Part shown: piece by piece, positions 37,337-51,512 of the stretch
Layout of the letters: each line of letters begins with the position of its first letter
Numbering within the stretch: the stretch's first letter is position 1
The notes under the pieces: model-generated
Databases searched by the model: none
The model's input: only the letters and a program-made list of their open reading frames with translations
What the model was told of the DNA's origin: nothing
NCBI GenBank assembly: GCA_032718475.1
Contig: JAUCBJ010006670.1
Span: forward strand, 20,257-84,256
Source: Nemertoderma westbladi
Taxonomy: Eukaryota; Animalia; Xenacoelomorpha
Length of the DNA: 64,000 bases
Direction: 5' to 3'
Made by a program: the position numbers and the translations under genes

Positions 37337-40300
37337 ATGATGGTTCAATGTTGAATATGCCATACTGCAATCTCTTTGTCAAAAGTGCCTGTCACAAGAA
37401 TCAGGGTCATCGCCGGCTATGAGGCTATGACGACCGTACCAAGTATTACACCACAACTCTTACTTTGCACTCACATAATAATTTATACTACTGTACATTG
37501 CGCGGAGCAGTACACCCCCACCTAATTTTCTACAAATCTGATGAACAAAGATTACAGCGTAGGATTTGAAACGAAGATGGAAAGATCCATTTTCAAATCA
37601 AAAGATATAGATGGCAATATCAGTCGTGTTTTTTTCCACTGTATCTTGTACGAAATATAACCCAACTGTATAACCCCAAGTGAATACAGGTGTTAGACTT
37701 GGAGTTCCATTTCAGTTGATTCCAAGTTAAACTCTCCGACTGTTGATTAAAGGGGCTTGTATTTCCAACCAAAGTAATAAGCGATCCCGTTATCAATTTA
37801 GAGAAAATGAGCAGGTTACAGAGGCTGGCTTTTCCAACAAAAACTAGAAACCATCCCATTAACGATACAGGGAAGGAGCAGGTTGGTTGGAGACGTGGGC
37901 CTTCTTTCTAACAAAAACTAAATTATAAACGATCTTGTTACCCATTGAGAGAAAGGAGCACGTTACAGAGGCGATCTTTTCTAACCAAAACAATAAACTA
38001 TCTCATTAACAATATATGGAGAGGGGTAGGTTACAGAGACGAGCTCATAATCAAAACAAGAAACGATCTTCTCTTCTTACCAATTGAAGGAAAGGATCAG
38101 ATTACAGAGTAGGCCCTAGTCTATTTAAAAGGTAGGCTAAAATACTGAAATTAGTTAATTAATAACCATTATTTAATTGACAGTACAAATCACAAGTATC
38201 AGTACGTATCGCAAAACTGTAGTATAGGTACAGATAGCAGGGAACACAAAAACGGACAAAAAAAGTAAACAAAGCGGCAACATTTATTTAAACTAACAGG
38301 AAAATACTTTCTGGAGATATAAAAAGGGCCTGATAATTTTGGAATGGCAATGAAGGTAATTGAAATTGTGTACAACGGGGAACAACAAGCTATGAACACT
38401 TATCGATCAAGAGTAAAATGAACAACAATGAGCTACAATTTGCTCATTGTTCTGTGCGCGTTGTTTACTGTAGCCTGAAATGTTCATGAATAAAACCCCC
38501 GTATATGCTTCAGTATATAAAACGCCGTAGCGACTTCGCGCACAATAAGTATGCTGTACTGTATGTTAACCCTGTTAAGTTCTCCTGACGTTTACAATAC
38601 CTGCACCCTTAAATTACTGAATTAAAGGAAAGAGGTGGTAGGCAGGGGTATCCTATTATAACCAAAACATTAAACTATACTCAATAATACATGTTACAAT
38701 TTCATTATTGTTCCACGGGACTTTTCGTTTATTTTTTTGGTTAGAAAAGACAGCACAGCTGTATCCTGGTCCTTCCATTAATTTGTATGGTAAAAGTTAG
38801 TAAGCATACTACATACGTTCAACATACTGTAGTATGCATTATGGCATATTTAAGTATAGGCCTCCTACTGTATCTATTATAATACATAATAAATACTGTC
38901 TAACTGTCCCACTGTGTCCCGTCACATAAACTGTAAAATCCGAATACACATAGCTGTACTACTGTACTACTATCATACATACAGTAGACTACTAATATCA
39001 TAACTACCATAACTTCCCATTAGTTCACCCCTTCCTGGTGGACATAATTCATTCACCCCTCCCCCCCCCCCCCCACCCACACATACTTGCAGTACTACCC
39101 CCCCCCCCCCCGGCGTTTTAATTTTTATTACTATCTTATTTTACATACATACTTATAATATATTGATCTATTTATGTCCAGTGAGTGATATCTTTGTTTT
39201 TATCCATCATACATATTTTGTTTTTGATCATGGTCACTCTAATATTTTGTTTTTATCTATCACACATACTTACAATATTTTATTTATTTTTACTTCATCT
39301 TTGAACATTCCAAATATTTTACTGTATGCCTACGGTGTTTCTTTTGTAATAATTATTCTTTTAACTCGTCGTCCTTAACTTTTTAGGTCCGCGATATTGT
39401 TGTTAATTTCCACTTTGGTTTTGGCTCCATACGGTGCGGTCCTGGCGTCAATCCCTTATTCTGGTGAATGTTTTTTGTTGTAAGATTGATAGTAAGTCAT
39501 TCAAGGAGACATTTCATACGTTAGTAGACGAGGACCTTTGAGCGATTTCGCGCTTGTCATTCATGTAATTAATTTTATATTTTGCCTGATTAATTAAATA
39601 TACCCGCAATTATAAATTATACCAACATCTATTTATTTACGTGTAATTTTAACCTGAGTTTTTTTTATCTATTCAGCCAAACATTTTATTATATTTATAT
39701 TGTATTTTATTTGTCCGTTACCTCCTACGTACCTTTTAATTACAACACTATGGTGCTTTTAACTTAGATTGACTTTGATTTTATTTATAATGAACGTACA
39801 GTACAATTTCATACATTTGAATTTAGATACTGTTATTTAATATTTACCAACAATGTTACGGTTAATTTTATTTATAGTGTGTACTTATGCCCTATTACCA
39901 TTAAACCATTTATTATAGGAGGAAGGGATAACAAATAACAAATAAGAGGTAATAACAAATACCTCGAAAAATACAGCTTGCCAACACATTGTTACTACCA
40001 TTAAACCATTAAACCAATATTATCATGGCTAGTGCCATACTCGTACTGCAGTAATGTGTAGTGCTACAGGTACCGGTACCGGTACCATACCAGCGTACCG
40101 GTATCCAGCGAAACTTATATCTAAGGACTACTGGACTATGTAGTCCATAGCAGCATAGTGTGGTACCGGTAGTGGTTGTACTGGTGTAACATGTTTCATC
40201 TGCGAAAAATTAAACCCCCTACTGCCATATCTGCATCTCGCATATCCTGTAGCCTAGCCTGTAGGCAGCTAGGCCTATTCACTATTTGTAGCTGTACCAC

Positions 40301-40505
40301 TGGTAATGTTAGCTGTAGTCTGTAGTTTAGGTCTGCATGTTGGCTTACCTTATCCATGCTTATGTAGGCTTACTATTATCCAGTTATCTAATAAAAAATT
40401 ACCGGTATTAAATACTGAAATAGTACAGTAGGCCTACTATTGACAATCTGACAGTGGCTTTTACACTAGCTGCCTAATCAATTCAAATTTGTGGGCAATG
40501 CTGTA

Positions 40506-43500
40506 ATGTCATCCAGCGTACAGATACCGGAACCAACTATTGGGGTTCCCCAAACAATCGAAAATGATGATGACCAAGATGATTTTGTAATGGAAAAAAA
40601 GAAAAGAAAACTGATAGTGCCGATGAAGTCAGAGCTGCCATTAAAGCAGCAGATACATTTGGGACTTAGAATAAATTTCGGTTTTGCCAAATTTAAATCA
40701 CCACTTCAACAAGAGGCAATTTTAGCAATAGTAAAACGTGAGCAAGACATATACATCTCTATGCCAACAGGTGGGGGGAAATCATTGTGCTACCAACTAC
40801 CAGCAGTTCTATCGAACAAAGTGACGTTGATCGTCTCACCGCTCATTGCTCTGATTCAAGATCAGTTGGAGCATCTACAAAAATGGAATATTTCCGCTGC
40901 ATCTTTGAACTCAAAGACCCTAACTTCGGACAAGAAACGAATCCTCTCAGATATTCGGTCACGGAATCCGACAATCCGATTGCTGTTTGTAACTCCAGAA
41001 CGCTGCGCTACTGTCGCCTTCCGGGAAGTCCTCCAAGATATGACGGCACTCAACAATGTTGCCTACTTTGTAATAGATGAGGCTCATTGCGTCAGCCAAT
41101 GGGGCCATGATTTTCGTCCAGACTATCTAAAGCTGGGAGAGCTCCGGAGAGACACATTAGCCGATGTTCCACTGGTCGCACTGACTGCCACAGCCACTGT
41201 GGAGGTCCAACTTGATATTCAGAGGAGATTAAACTTTCGTAAACCCATTGGGGAGTTCCTTGCAAACTCATTTAGAAGCAACATTATTTATGATGTTAGT
41301 TACACAGACTTGCTAAAGGACCCTTGTTGGGAGTTAAAGAAGTTACTTTGTAGGTCATTGAGTAATTTAGAAGGGGTATCGGATGGCTGGGTTGGGAGTG
41401 GGATTGTTTACTGTCGGACGAGGGATGGTTGTGAGGAGATAGCAGGTCGGTTGCAGAACTATGGGGTACCATCAAGGGCATACCATGCAGGGCTAACAGA
41501 CACCCAGCGTGAAGAGACCCAGAGTAGCTGGATGGAAGGGGATATACCTGTCATAGTGGCGACTGTCAGCTTCGGGATGGGGGTTGATAAACCTGATGTT
41601 AGGGTGGTCGCCCATTGGACATTGCCCAGCAGTATGGCAGCCTATTATCAGGAGTCAGGTAGGGCTGGAAGGGATGGGGAGACTGCCCATTGTCGACTGT
41701 TTTACTCAAAAAGGGAGAGAGATTTTACATCTTTCTTGGTACGTAAAGAGTTAAAAGATAAGAAAAGTTCTGTAAACACAAAGCTCCAATGGGCTGGATT
41801 AGAGTCATTGATTGGCTATGCTGAGTCTCCAACATGTCGTCATAGTTCCATCTCCTCATATTTTGGGCATAGCAAGCCTGATTGTACCAGATCCTGTGAT
41901 GTCTGTATCAACCCTACAGTTGTAAAGAAAGCATTAGCTTCATTCTCAACCACTCAGGCCCGACTTGGAACAACACGGATTGTGCATGAGACAAAGGAAG
42001 TGGATGGATCACTGTATGGAGGCGGCCGATTGGGTGCCAAACTGGAGAACCAAGAATATAATGAAGACAATGATAGTGATGATAATAAGGGGGGAGAGGA
42101 TGGGTACAATCTTACCAAGGCTATTCAGATCGAATTCAACAAACGAAGAAGGAATAATGTTCAATCAAAATCCAATGAAAGACAGGTAGAAGTTGTGAGT
42201 AAAGATTCCCTATTAAAGGATCCATATAATAAGCGAATTGCAACTCTCAATGTCCAGACTAGAGAATTTTGTCTTAAATCTCTACTAAATGCATTGGATG
42301 CGAACTGGATGACTTGTAAAGGAGAAGATTCCTTGTCAGTAGAGAAAATAACTGACATTGCTGTACTTTTGGAATTTCAAATATTCCTCAATTCAAAGAT
42401 CTCCACTGTATATAAGTCACGAGTTCATAAGAAGATATCTGAGATAAAATCAGCCAGCATGGAGTTACAATTCCATTCAGCATTTATTGCCTCAGGTGAT
42501 CATGGTCTACTTAGCAAGGAAAGTCAGGACATACCTGCAGAATCTTTTCAAACGGCTAAATCCTACTTAAATTCCTTAACAAACCCTGGGAAAAATACCA
42601 ACAATAATGGCACTCATAGTATTAATAAGAAAGAAACGAATATATCATCAAATGCAATACAAAACGAAACTATGAAAGCACATTGTACTTTAACACCTAA
42701 TGCTAAACTATATAGAGAAGCATTTCCATGTACCAATAATACTGGCTGCTGCAACACAGACAGTGGTTTTATTAAGGCAACTAAAATTGTATTACCAACC
42801 ACTACTATTACTTCAACAACACAATGCAATTTAGTTTCATTATCAAATACAACAAGGATCAATTCACATTACATGAGTTCCAAACCATTATTGCAAGTGT
42901 TACCAAACATTGCAACGCCATGTCATTCAAAAACCACCATCGAAAATTGTGAGCAGCCACAAGAATCACTCCAGATGGTGCCAAACAGGGCTGTACCATA
43001 TCAACCGACACACAACATGAAACAAACAACAGCGATCAAGCATTGTCAGTCACCAAAAAAACGAAAACGGCTAGGCAAAGACACACGAACAATTGATACT
43101 TATTTTCCAGTCATCAATAAGAATAAGGCCGTCCCTGGTATAAAACGTAGATACAGCGAGGAAACAACTAAATATCTAGATGGGGAAAATCACTGCCAAG
43201 GAGAATCAGTTGATTGTAGTAATAATGAACGCAATCAAAGTAAATATACAAACCCTGACATTATAAAGAATACTAAGGTGGACAATGTGTTGGGAACCAA
43301 TGATCCACATAAACTAGCTACCAAGGATACAATGCAATTGGGAACCAGGGATTCATGGCAACTGGGAAACAATGAGCCATGGCAACTGGGAACCAATGAG
43401 CCATGGCCATCTAGAATCAATGATCCTCGGCAACTGGCAACCAAGGATACTGGACGACTTTTTGGAACTAATAATCTGCAGCAACTAGCAACCAAGGATA

Positions 43501-43910
43501 CTACGCACATTGGAACCAATGATATCGGGCATATGGGAACTAATGATCCTAAGCAACGAGCAACCATGGATACTAAGCAAATGGGATCCAAGGATACAAG
43601 GCAATTGGGAACCAAGGATACGAGGCAATTGGAAACAAATGATATGAGGCAATTGGGGAGCAAGTATGAAGGGTTAGAATCAAGGAGGACACTGAAGCGA
43701 GCAGTGGCTGATGCCATTGTCGAGACACTGACTCCACATTATAAAATTGGACGCTTCAAGAGTAAAGAATCCTTTAAACATTGCGCTAAAAAGTTGACCA
43801 ATGAAACCGTCGTGCTATTAGATGGGGTTACAAATCCAGCTGATGTAGAACTTATTATCACCAACCATGTTGCTTTAGCCTTGGGATCCCTCCCTCTATC
43901 TATAGGTTGA
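40506..43910 (+). CDS. RECQL5: RecQ5-type ATP-dependent DNA helicase, intronless CDS nested in HYDIN intron 3
   Basis: [29 protein letters not shown] and [10 protein letters not shown] motifs; Zn-binding CRH...C..SCDVC; YGGGR; BRC-variant-like FQTA; C-terminal SRI-like [17 protein letters not shown]. First in-frame ATG at 40506. Confidence 0.92.
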   Translation: MSSSVQIPEPTIGVPQTIENDDDQDDFVMEKKKRKLIVPMKSELPLKQQIHLGLRINFGFAKFKSPLQQEAILAIVKREQDIYISMPTGGGKSLCYQLPAVLSNKVTLIVSPLIALIQDQLEHLQKWNISAASLNSKTLTSDKKRILSDIRSRNPTIRLLFVTPERCATVAFREVLQDMTALNNVAYFVIDEAHCVSQWGHDFRPDYLKLGELRRDTLADVPLVALTATATVEVQLDIQRRLNFRKPIGEFLANSFRSNIIYDVSYTDLLKDPCWELKKLLCRSLSNLEGVSDGWVGSGIVYCRTRDGCEEIAGRLQNYGVPSRAYHAGLTDTQREETQSSWMEGDIPVIVATVSFGMGVDKPDVRVVAHWTLPSSMAAYYQESGRAGRDGETAHCRLFYSKRERDFTSFLVRKELKDKKSSVNTKLQWAGLESLIGYAESPTCRHSSISSYFGHSKPDCTRSCDVCINPTVVKKALASFSTTQARLGTTRIVHETKEVDGSLYGGGRLGAKLENQEYNEDNDSDDNKGGEDGYNLTKAIQIEFNKRRRNNVQSKSNERQVEVVSKDSLLKDPYNKRIATLNVQTREFCLKSLLNALDANWMTCKGEDSLSVEKITDIAVLLEFQIFLNSKISTVYKSRVHKKISEIKSASMELQFHSAFIASGDHGLLSKESQDIPAESFQTAKSYLNSLTNPGKNTNNNGTHSINKKETNISSNAIQNETMKAHCTLTPNAKLYREAFPCTNNTGCCNTDSGFIKATKIVLPTTTITSTTQCNLVSLSNTTRINSHYMSSKPLLQVLPNIATPCHSKTTIENCEQPQESLQMVPNRAVPYQPTHNMKQTTAIKHCQSPKKRKRLGKDTRTIDTYFPVINKNKAVPGIKRRYSEETTKYLDGENHCQGESVDCSNNERNQSKYTNPDIIKNTKVDNVLGTNDPHKLATKDTMQLGTRDSWQLGNNEPWQLGTNEPWPSRINDPRQLATKDTGRLFGTNNLQQLATKDTTHIGTNDIGHMGTNDPKQRATMDTKQMGSKDTRQLGTKDTRQLETNDMRQLGSKYEGLESRRTLKRAVADAIVETLTPHYKIGRFKSKESFKHCAKKLTNETVVLLDGVTNPADVELIITNHVALALGSLPLSIG

Positions 43911-46499
43911 TATAATAGTAGACAGGTGAATTGCATGTATAGTGGGATTGGCGAGATGAGATAATTTTAATGCAGTTCAACCAGGTTGAAGGACTTTTTG
44001 TGCATCAAAATTAACTATATCAAATACATATTTTTTTAATTTAATTGAAATAATGATTTGTACTTTATTTACCCAATATATATAATAATACACAGCTTGT
44101 GTGAGAAAATATTTTTGTTCCAAAACATGTTTATTAAAAATGTAAATATTTCAATGTATAATTATTTAATCGATCATGGAAAACAAGTTGTTTTTTCACG
44201 GATGTTACGTGTGTGGTGAGCTAGCGAAGAGGAAAAAGTAATGAATGGATAAAGTGAGAAATTAATTTTTCTCAGTTCTCTTAATTATTTTCTTCTTAAA
44301 TGGCTGCTTTATCCGTAACTATATGGTATTTAGTAATTTGCAAGAAATACACGTTAATGAAATGTTCTAGAACAAAAAAATGTATTAGAACATTTTTAAC
44401 TTTTGATTGTTATTTTAGTCCTAGCAGATACAGCAAATGTTGTCGGGAGGTCGCAGAGTCATAATGAATTAGTATTATATGACCTGTCGGGAGGTCGCAG
44501 AGTCATAATGAATTAGTATTATATGACCTGCCAAGCCAAGTAATAATTGTGAGGATAATAACGAACCTGCCTATTAATAGGCCAGGGTAGTTCTTGTCAA
44601 GAGTTGAGCCGTTCAAAAACACGATGTGGTTGTGTGTGTGTGTATATATGTATAACCATCCAATATCTCAAAAACTCAATCAGGTACGCAAAAATTTTAA
44701 TAACAAACTCTACATAAATTTTGGTTGCGCATAAGACTATATTTTTTGTGGCGTTTCGATCATGGGGTCACTGAAAAATAGCGGTTTTGAAAATTTAAAG
44801 TCGAATTTCACCGATTTCAACTCGTCGAGTATGCACCAACTTTTTTATTTGGGCTATTCAGTCATTTGAGAAACATATTTGAGTCTCAGAATCTTTTCAA
44901 ATATCGCCAATCTCGCACAGAACGTCGCCAAAATTTGTTAGTCCGGCAAAAAAACGCACAAATTCGTCTAAAAGAGTAAATTATTTGGTTGCAGAATAAT
45001 ATGATTCAACTAGAAAAGCCAGCCAGCTGGCTGTAAGGAGACCGTCCATAGTCAAACGTTGTGTTAGTTGTGTCCCTCCTCATTCATTATCATCAACCTA
45101 TAAACCATTTAAACGGCCCAGTGCTTACAATTCAATTACCTGGCCTCCCATCTAACATAGCAGTGAGTAACCTTATAGATTATTGTCATTGGATTCACTG
45201 GGAAGAGCTATTCATTAGGTGGGGTAATAACAAACTTACAGTTACAGTTGATGTTTGATTACTGTCTGGGTTAGAGTAATATACTTCTCTGCAGTTTGGG
45301 CTATCCATTTAATAAATAGTAGTAGCTTACTAGGCCCACATAAGTACCAGCAACTGGTGTTTCTATCGTTGAGTTGATGGCAATTTTCGTGTTTCCATTT
45401 TTGCTCACTCAGGGTACTGCGGTACTGGTTTGAGGGGCAGGTTCGTTTAAAGCCAGCTTGCTGGCTTTCTAGTGTGAAACTAATGCAATATCCGAATATA
45501 ATAAGTTTGGGCGGACCCAAGTATAATAGTCCAAGAGGGACCGGTAAGCGCATACGGTACGACTGCTAGGTCTACTGCAGGCAAGGCAGGACAGCGGTCA
45601 CTAGGGGCCGTGTCATCTAACTAGCTGACGGGAACGTGATATCTTTAGAAGTAAAGATCATTTTCAGTCAGTTAGTTAGTTAGTTCTAAAGTACATTGGA
45701 ACTAATGACGTTTGTTATGTATATTGTTATGTATATATATATATATATATATGTATAACGAACCTTTTACGCCCATTGAATATGTAAAAACGGTTTACAT
45801 ATGCAGTGGCGATTTCGTTCCCAAATATATATTGACGTTCTGTACTCATTCGAAGATACTTTGTAAAGCGCATGAAAATAATGAGTGTATACAGTAGCGT
45901 TTTCGTCAAGAAAAAATTCGTCAAAACTTACGATCTTTTAAAAAAACACAGTATGTTAGTTTTATACAGTATAATTATGTAACAAAAATTGTTAAGTGTA
46001 GGTAAACTTTACTGACTTTCAAGTACTGTACAAGTAGAGTAGTTGTATTGAGTAGGATATCAGCCTACTGTATATACAGTAGTGCAAAATTACTGTAGGC
46101 CTACTATACATTCCGATTATTCTGTGTTTCTGTTTATTTATTATTTAATTATTAATTCACAACCAAGTTTGATATATTTTGTTTTATTAAAACCCTATAT
46201 CACTATATAACCTGACAATTTCAAATGGGAAGGGGGGGGGGATATACGCAAGAAATATTTAACCTACTTCAAGGGAAAATCGATGCGCAAATACCACCAA
46301 CCAGCAAGAATGAAATGGGAACTTACGATATAAACTCTCATGTCACTCAGTTTCCCCTTTCTTCACACATTTATTCCCCTTGTAAGCTTAATCCGTGCTT
46401 TGTTAGCGTTAGGTAAACATGCGAACATTAAACATACAATTTCATTTCAGACGTTAATAAAATTATGTTTTGACGACCAACAAGTTACATTACATACTG

Positions 46500-48820
46500 T
46501 AGTAGGCCTATGTAAAAAAACGATGATACGTAAACATTGATACGTAAACAATGATACGTAAAGTCAATCGCCAGAGACTTGACTTTACCTGACATACTTG
46601 ACTTGACTTGACATTGACTTGAAATATACCCCATTTGGCTTTGTCATCCTTCAGTTGATATAATTCAATTCTCATACTTGATTTGACATACACATACTTG
46701 ACTTGAAATTCTTCTGCCAAAAGAAGTCAAATATGCTAAGTTAAGTACGTCAACTTTAAGTCAAGTAAAGTGATCACTTAAACAGGCTATGATTTCTACA
46801 TTATTTATGTATACATTTTGTCATTGTCACCACTATATTTCGTCAATTTAAGTCGATGAAATGCCAAAGGTAGGAAAAAATAAACATTTAAAGTCACAAA
46901 TACGCCACAAATAATCCAAGTCGACATTTTATATATAGGAATATATAATGTAACAAATTCTCCAATCGGTGTTGCTAAAACGCCTTTCGTATAAAAAATA
47001 AATCTAAAGGGTTACAAATACGACGTATTTGTAACCCTTTAGATTTATTTTTAAACTTTCCGCGATGTGAAGACAAGCTTTGTATGTGACGACATACAAA
47101 GCTTGTCTTCATATCGCGGAAAGTTTTGCTATCAGTCGCATTTTTTCTAAGCCCTGACATATTATGCATTAAGCCTATTTATATTAGCCTACTGTACCAG
47201 ACTGAAAATTATATTTTTTAGATTGTTGGCTGGTTATATTTACTTAACATACTGTACTTTATTTGACATACAGTATTTGACTTAGCTTATTCTACTTGAC
47301 ATAATTGACTTGACATACTTGACTTGACAAAGTTGATTTAACTAAGATGTGCCAATAATGCTCCCACAGGAACCATCAGCTATTACAAAAAGCCCGATAA
47401 TTGTCAATCATCTAAGTCATCTTCAGGATAACCAATTTCATAATATAATAGTCGATTTTTTTGGAGTCCAGCCAATGGCATTCTAGAACGGTTTATGTAG
47501 CACAATGTAGCGACGTCATTAAGTACGCTGATTTGCCAACCCTGCGAGTTGGTAAATATTCGGATTCTAGGCCTGGGACGGTATTATGATGGGGGGTGGT
47601 AGTGCTGGTGTCAAGTCTAGCATGTCAAGTCAAGTATATCAAAATAAATTAGAAATTAGAACCTTAACATTCCTACACCATTACTGAATATAGTGTCTTT
47701 CTTTTAGTGTCGATATTATATTGCCCAGTTGCGCCGTTATTCTTCGTATTTATAGTGAATTCTGGGTTCCAAAGGAAAGGTATCATGGAAGCGTGTCAGA
47801 AAACGCGGCTAAAAGCGCGGAAAAAACGCCTCAACGAAAATGGCCTTCTCAGTAGGCCTTGTGCAAATTATTATTTTTTTTCTACCTTTGGCGTTTTATG
47901 GACTTCAATTGACGAAATTGTTTCATAATGCGATTAAGTTGTGACAATGAAAAAATATATGCATAAATAATGGAATCAAGTGTATTCACAGTGTTGAAGT
48001 CAATGGCTTCTATGTCCAACTCAATTTATCGATTAAACTCAATGATATTGAATTTATTTTCCTTAAAGTTACCCACTCTTCTACACATGTGTGTGAAAGT
48101 CAAAGCCAAGCTGACATTAAAGCATAGAACATCGCCGTGACCGTCACAAAGGTCGAACCCCCCTCCCCCTGTCACAAAATGTCACGCAAAAAAGACTGTC
48201 TACCCCCCCCCCCCCCCCCCCCCTAGTGCGTGACATACTTTATGAACGCCCCCCTTGTCATTTTATCGACTTCAATTGACGAAATAGTTCCATTATGCGA
48301 TTAAGTTTTAACAATGAAAAAATTTATGCATAAATATTGTAGCAGACATAGCCTGTTTAAGTGATCACATTACTTGAGGCACTTGACTTCTCTTGGCGGA
48401 AGAAATTCAAGTCATGAATTTCAATTCAAGTATGTCAAGTCTGGTCAATTCAAGTACATATGTTGGGTCAATTATTTTGTCAAGTCAAGTCCTAGTTTGT
48501 CAAGTAAAGTGTATCAAGCGAAGTCTAGTATGCCAAGTCAAGCACATTTATATCAAGTGAAGTCAAGTATATCACGTCAGTTATGTCAGGCCAAGTCATG
48601 TCAAGTCAATAATTTCAAGTCAAGTAAAATATGTTAATTTGTCAAGTCAAGTAATGTACAGTATGTTACGTAAATATGTCAACAGAAGTATATCAAATCA
48701 AATAGGCCTATATCTTTAAGTCAAGTGGAGTATGACAAATAAATTATGTCAAACCAAAAATCACAAGCCATGTCAAGTACCGATATGTCAAATCAAGTAT
48801 GACAAGTCAAGTATGTCAAA
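46500..48820. repeat. Degenerate inverted-repeat region rich in (CAAGT)n/(ACTTG)n, probably foldback element remnants
   Basis: GTGATCACTTAAACAGGCTATG near 46770 is inverted near 48347; ACTTG arrays on the left, CAAGT arrays on the right. Confidence 0.6.
46994..47126. repeat. Two back-to-back palindromes
   Basis: 29-bp perfect arms (46994-47052); 35-bp arms with 1 mismatch (47053-47126). Confidence 0.92.
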
Positions 48821-49199
48821 TGAAGATGGTAGAAATGAAATGATAGATGGGATTCAGTTGTTTCGGTCGCTCTCTCTATGTATAGATAGTAAACAGCAAT
48901 ACAGATTAGCGTCGAACTTTATATGAAATACCAGTTGAAGACAGTTTTTACTTAGAAACCATGAAATGGAGACTAAGCTTAATTCGCATTATTTTATAAT
49001 GAAACAGTAAATGAAATTTTCATATCTATTTTAGTTTTGGAGTTATTTGATTTTTTGTAGACCTCACTTATTTTGAAATTAGTATAAATTTAAGTGGTCA
49101 ATTTTTTGTAAGATAAGCTATTACTTTTTCAACATACTATAATTGTATTTGTCCTACAGGATAATTTTCGCTATGAGTTTTCCTGTTCAGTGATTTCAT

Positions 49200-50080
49200 T
49201 TCAATTGTTACTTTCCACGGCTGACGGATTCTAGACTGTCCATCAGTCTGTCTGTCTGTCTGTGTGTCGGTTTGTCTGTCAAAATTAGGGAAATATGATA
49301 TGTAACAAAATATTTTGCTTGTGGGTGAAATGAAATCACTGACCAAGAAAACCCCATAATTATTTGTTAATTTGATATATTTCTCAATTTTGACAGACAA
49401 AAGACAAACAGGACAGACAGACCGACAGACAGACAGACGTAAAAACATTAAATAATCAATCAAACGTAAAAAAAATAGCTACCGGAAATGAGATCACCGA
49501 CCAAGAAAACCCCATAAATAGATATGTTTCTTAATTTGATTTATTTCTCAATTTTGACAGAAAGACAGACCGACAGACAGACGTACAAACATTAAATAAT
49601 AAATCAAACGTAAACATAGATATCAGAAATGAAATCACCAACCAAGAAAACCCCATATATAAATTTTTTTGTTAATTTGATTTAGTTCTCAATTTCGACA
49701 GACAGATAGACAAACAGACAGACAGACAGACAGAAAGTCTAGATTTCTTTAAACTGGAAAAGTGAAATTTTAACTGTAATTACCACCCAGTGACATTTTA
49801 AATGTTATCACCACCCAGAAAAACCTTATAACACAAATTTTGAACAGTTTGTGCACTTCTTAAATTTTAACAGACTGACAAACCAAAAACAGACAGACTG
49901 ACTGACATGCAGACAATCGTCTAGAATCGATATATAGTGAAAACCGATATCGTATTTTAAATCATCGGCAAATAAAAACCCAAAAGCAAAAAAATTTAGG
50001 TGGTGGTGTTATATTTATTTATTTGTTACATTTTTGACAGAGAAACAGACAAGTATTCAGACAAACAGACAGAGTGACCT
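49200..50080. repeat. Repeat-rich element remnant with (GACA)n tracts and about 135-180-bp internal repeats
   Basis: ACCAAGAAAACCCCATA occurs three times; GACA runs in both orientations. Confidence 0.55.
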
Positions 50081-51003
50081 CCAATAAAAATACAAATTAA
50101 AATATTGTCGCCAAAGTTCCATACACTGATGTGTATCTGAATTCTGACGTATGTACCTAATGTTTTACAAGTCTGCTTTGAAATATCGTAAAAGTTTACA
50201 TAATAATCCCCCCAATTACAGAAAATTGGCGGGAACGTTTGAAACTCTCATAACTTTAAAGCCGTTTTTCTCAAAACTTTGTTAATATTTGGTCATTAGA
50301 CTACTAATTTTCAAAACTCAATATCTTTATCGGATTTGAAATCTGTTTTCAGTGTTCGATTCAGCATAAAAATGTGTATTTGAATCAATAAAAAAACACA
50401 AAATTATTTTTTGTAACCGTAGGTCGGATTCTTGATCAAACCCCACATTTGTAGATAATTAGTCATTATTATCATATGTAATAAATCACACAAGAATTTG
50501 CACCACAGGTTTCTTGGACGTATTTTTAACTTGTATATTTATTTTTTATACAACAGACGTGTTTCATCAGTACTAATTACATAATTTGTTACATTATTCA
50601 TTCTTGCTGTATATATTGCATATAATGGCGAATTAATGCTATTAACTTTTGACGCATTTGCAACTATATATATATATATTTCATGTGTATGATAAAAAGG
50701 CATATGTTACATACATATATCGCATCATTTTACTACAATTCAACATTATTTTGGTGATAGCATTAACTAATGTTTCCTTTATTAAATGAGAATAAAATAT
50801 TTAAAACAAAAATAATATCTAAAAGTATTAGTTAGTTAGTTTATTTATGATGATCTTAATCTGAACACTGTATATTGTATAATTCATAGCCCCATAATAA
50901 AAATAAATTGGCAAGATACCATCATATCAGTTCATTATTACCAGCATTAATTCAACACAGTGGCGATCCACTTAGACTATTTACTCTATCTAATGGAAAC
51001 TAC

Positions 51004-51053
51004 CAGGGCCTTCATAAAATAATTCATATAATAGTTATTTTATGAAGGCCCTG
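51004..51053. mobile_element. 50-bp hAT-like mini-MITE/hairpin
   Basis: CAGGGCCTTCATAAAATAA...TTATTTTATGAAGGCCCTG with AAACTAC on both sides. Confidence 0.65.
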
Positions 51054-51512
51054 AAACTACCCATTTACAAGCGAGTTTATCATAAGTGAAGCAGTTTAGC
51101 ACAGAAAAAGCTTTCTTCGTGGTGGATTAAGTAATTTTATGTTCATTGGTACTTTGCACTGGTTGAACAAAAAAATAGTGTGTGACATCTGACTTTAGAC
51201 CTAAAATACACTGAGAGCGCCACTAAGGCGTAATCGTTACAAGTAGTCAATACGCCCAGATATCCATGATAACGCCCTTGTTACATTTCCCAAAATCGTT
51301 AAAACGCCGTTATACATAACCATTTATGTCGAATTCGCTACGTGTTACATCTATATATATATGTTACGTATATTATTACACGACAAGTGACGTTGCGTTT
51401 GAACTAAAGTACTTTTAGAACTAATACCGCTGGTAGGCATGCAATAAATTATTGTACTTCAACCAACCGCAGAGCTCAGCTATATGAGAATAATTATGAA
51501 TAGTAGTACTAC

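Noticed and set aside
35145-37354. Long ORFs (up to 728 aa) on both strands
   Set aside because: They are translations of the 24-bp minisatellite, open in several frames, with no unique sequence.
37343-37410. Minus-strand peptide MTLILVTGTFDKEIAVWHIQH resembling one WD40 repeat
   Set aside because: Only 21 aa, bounded by stops, with no supporting exons; likely chance.
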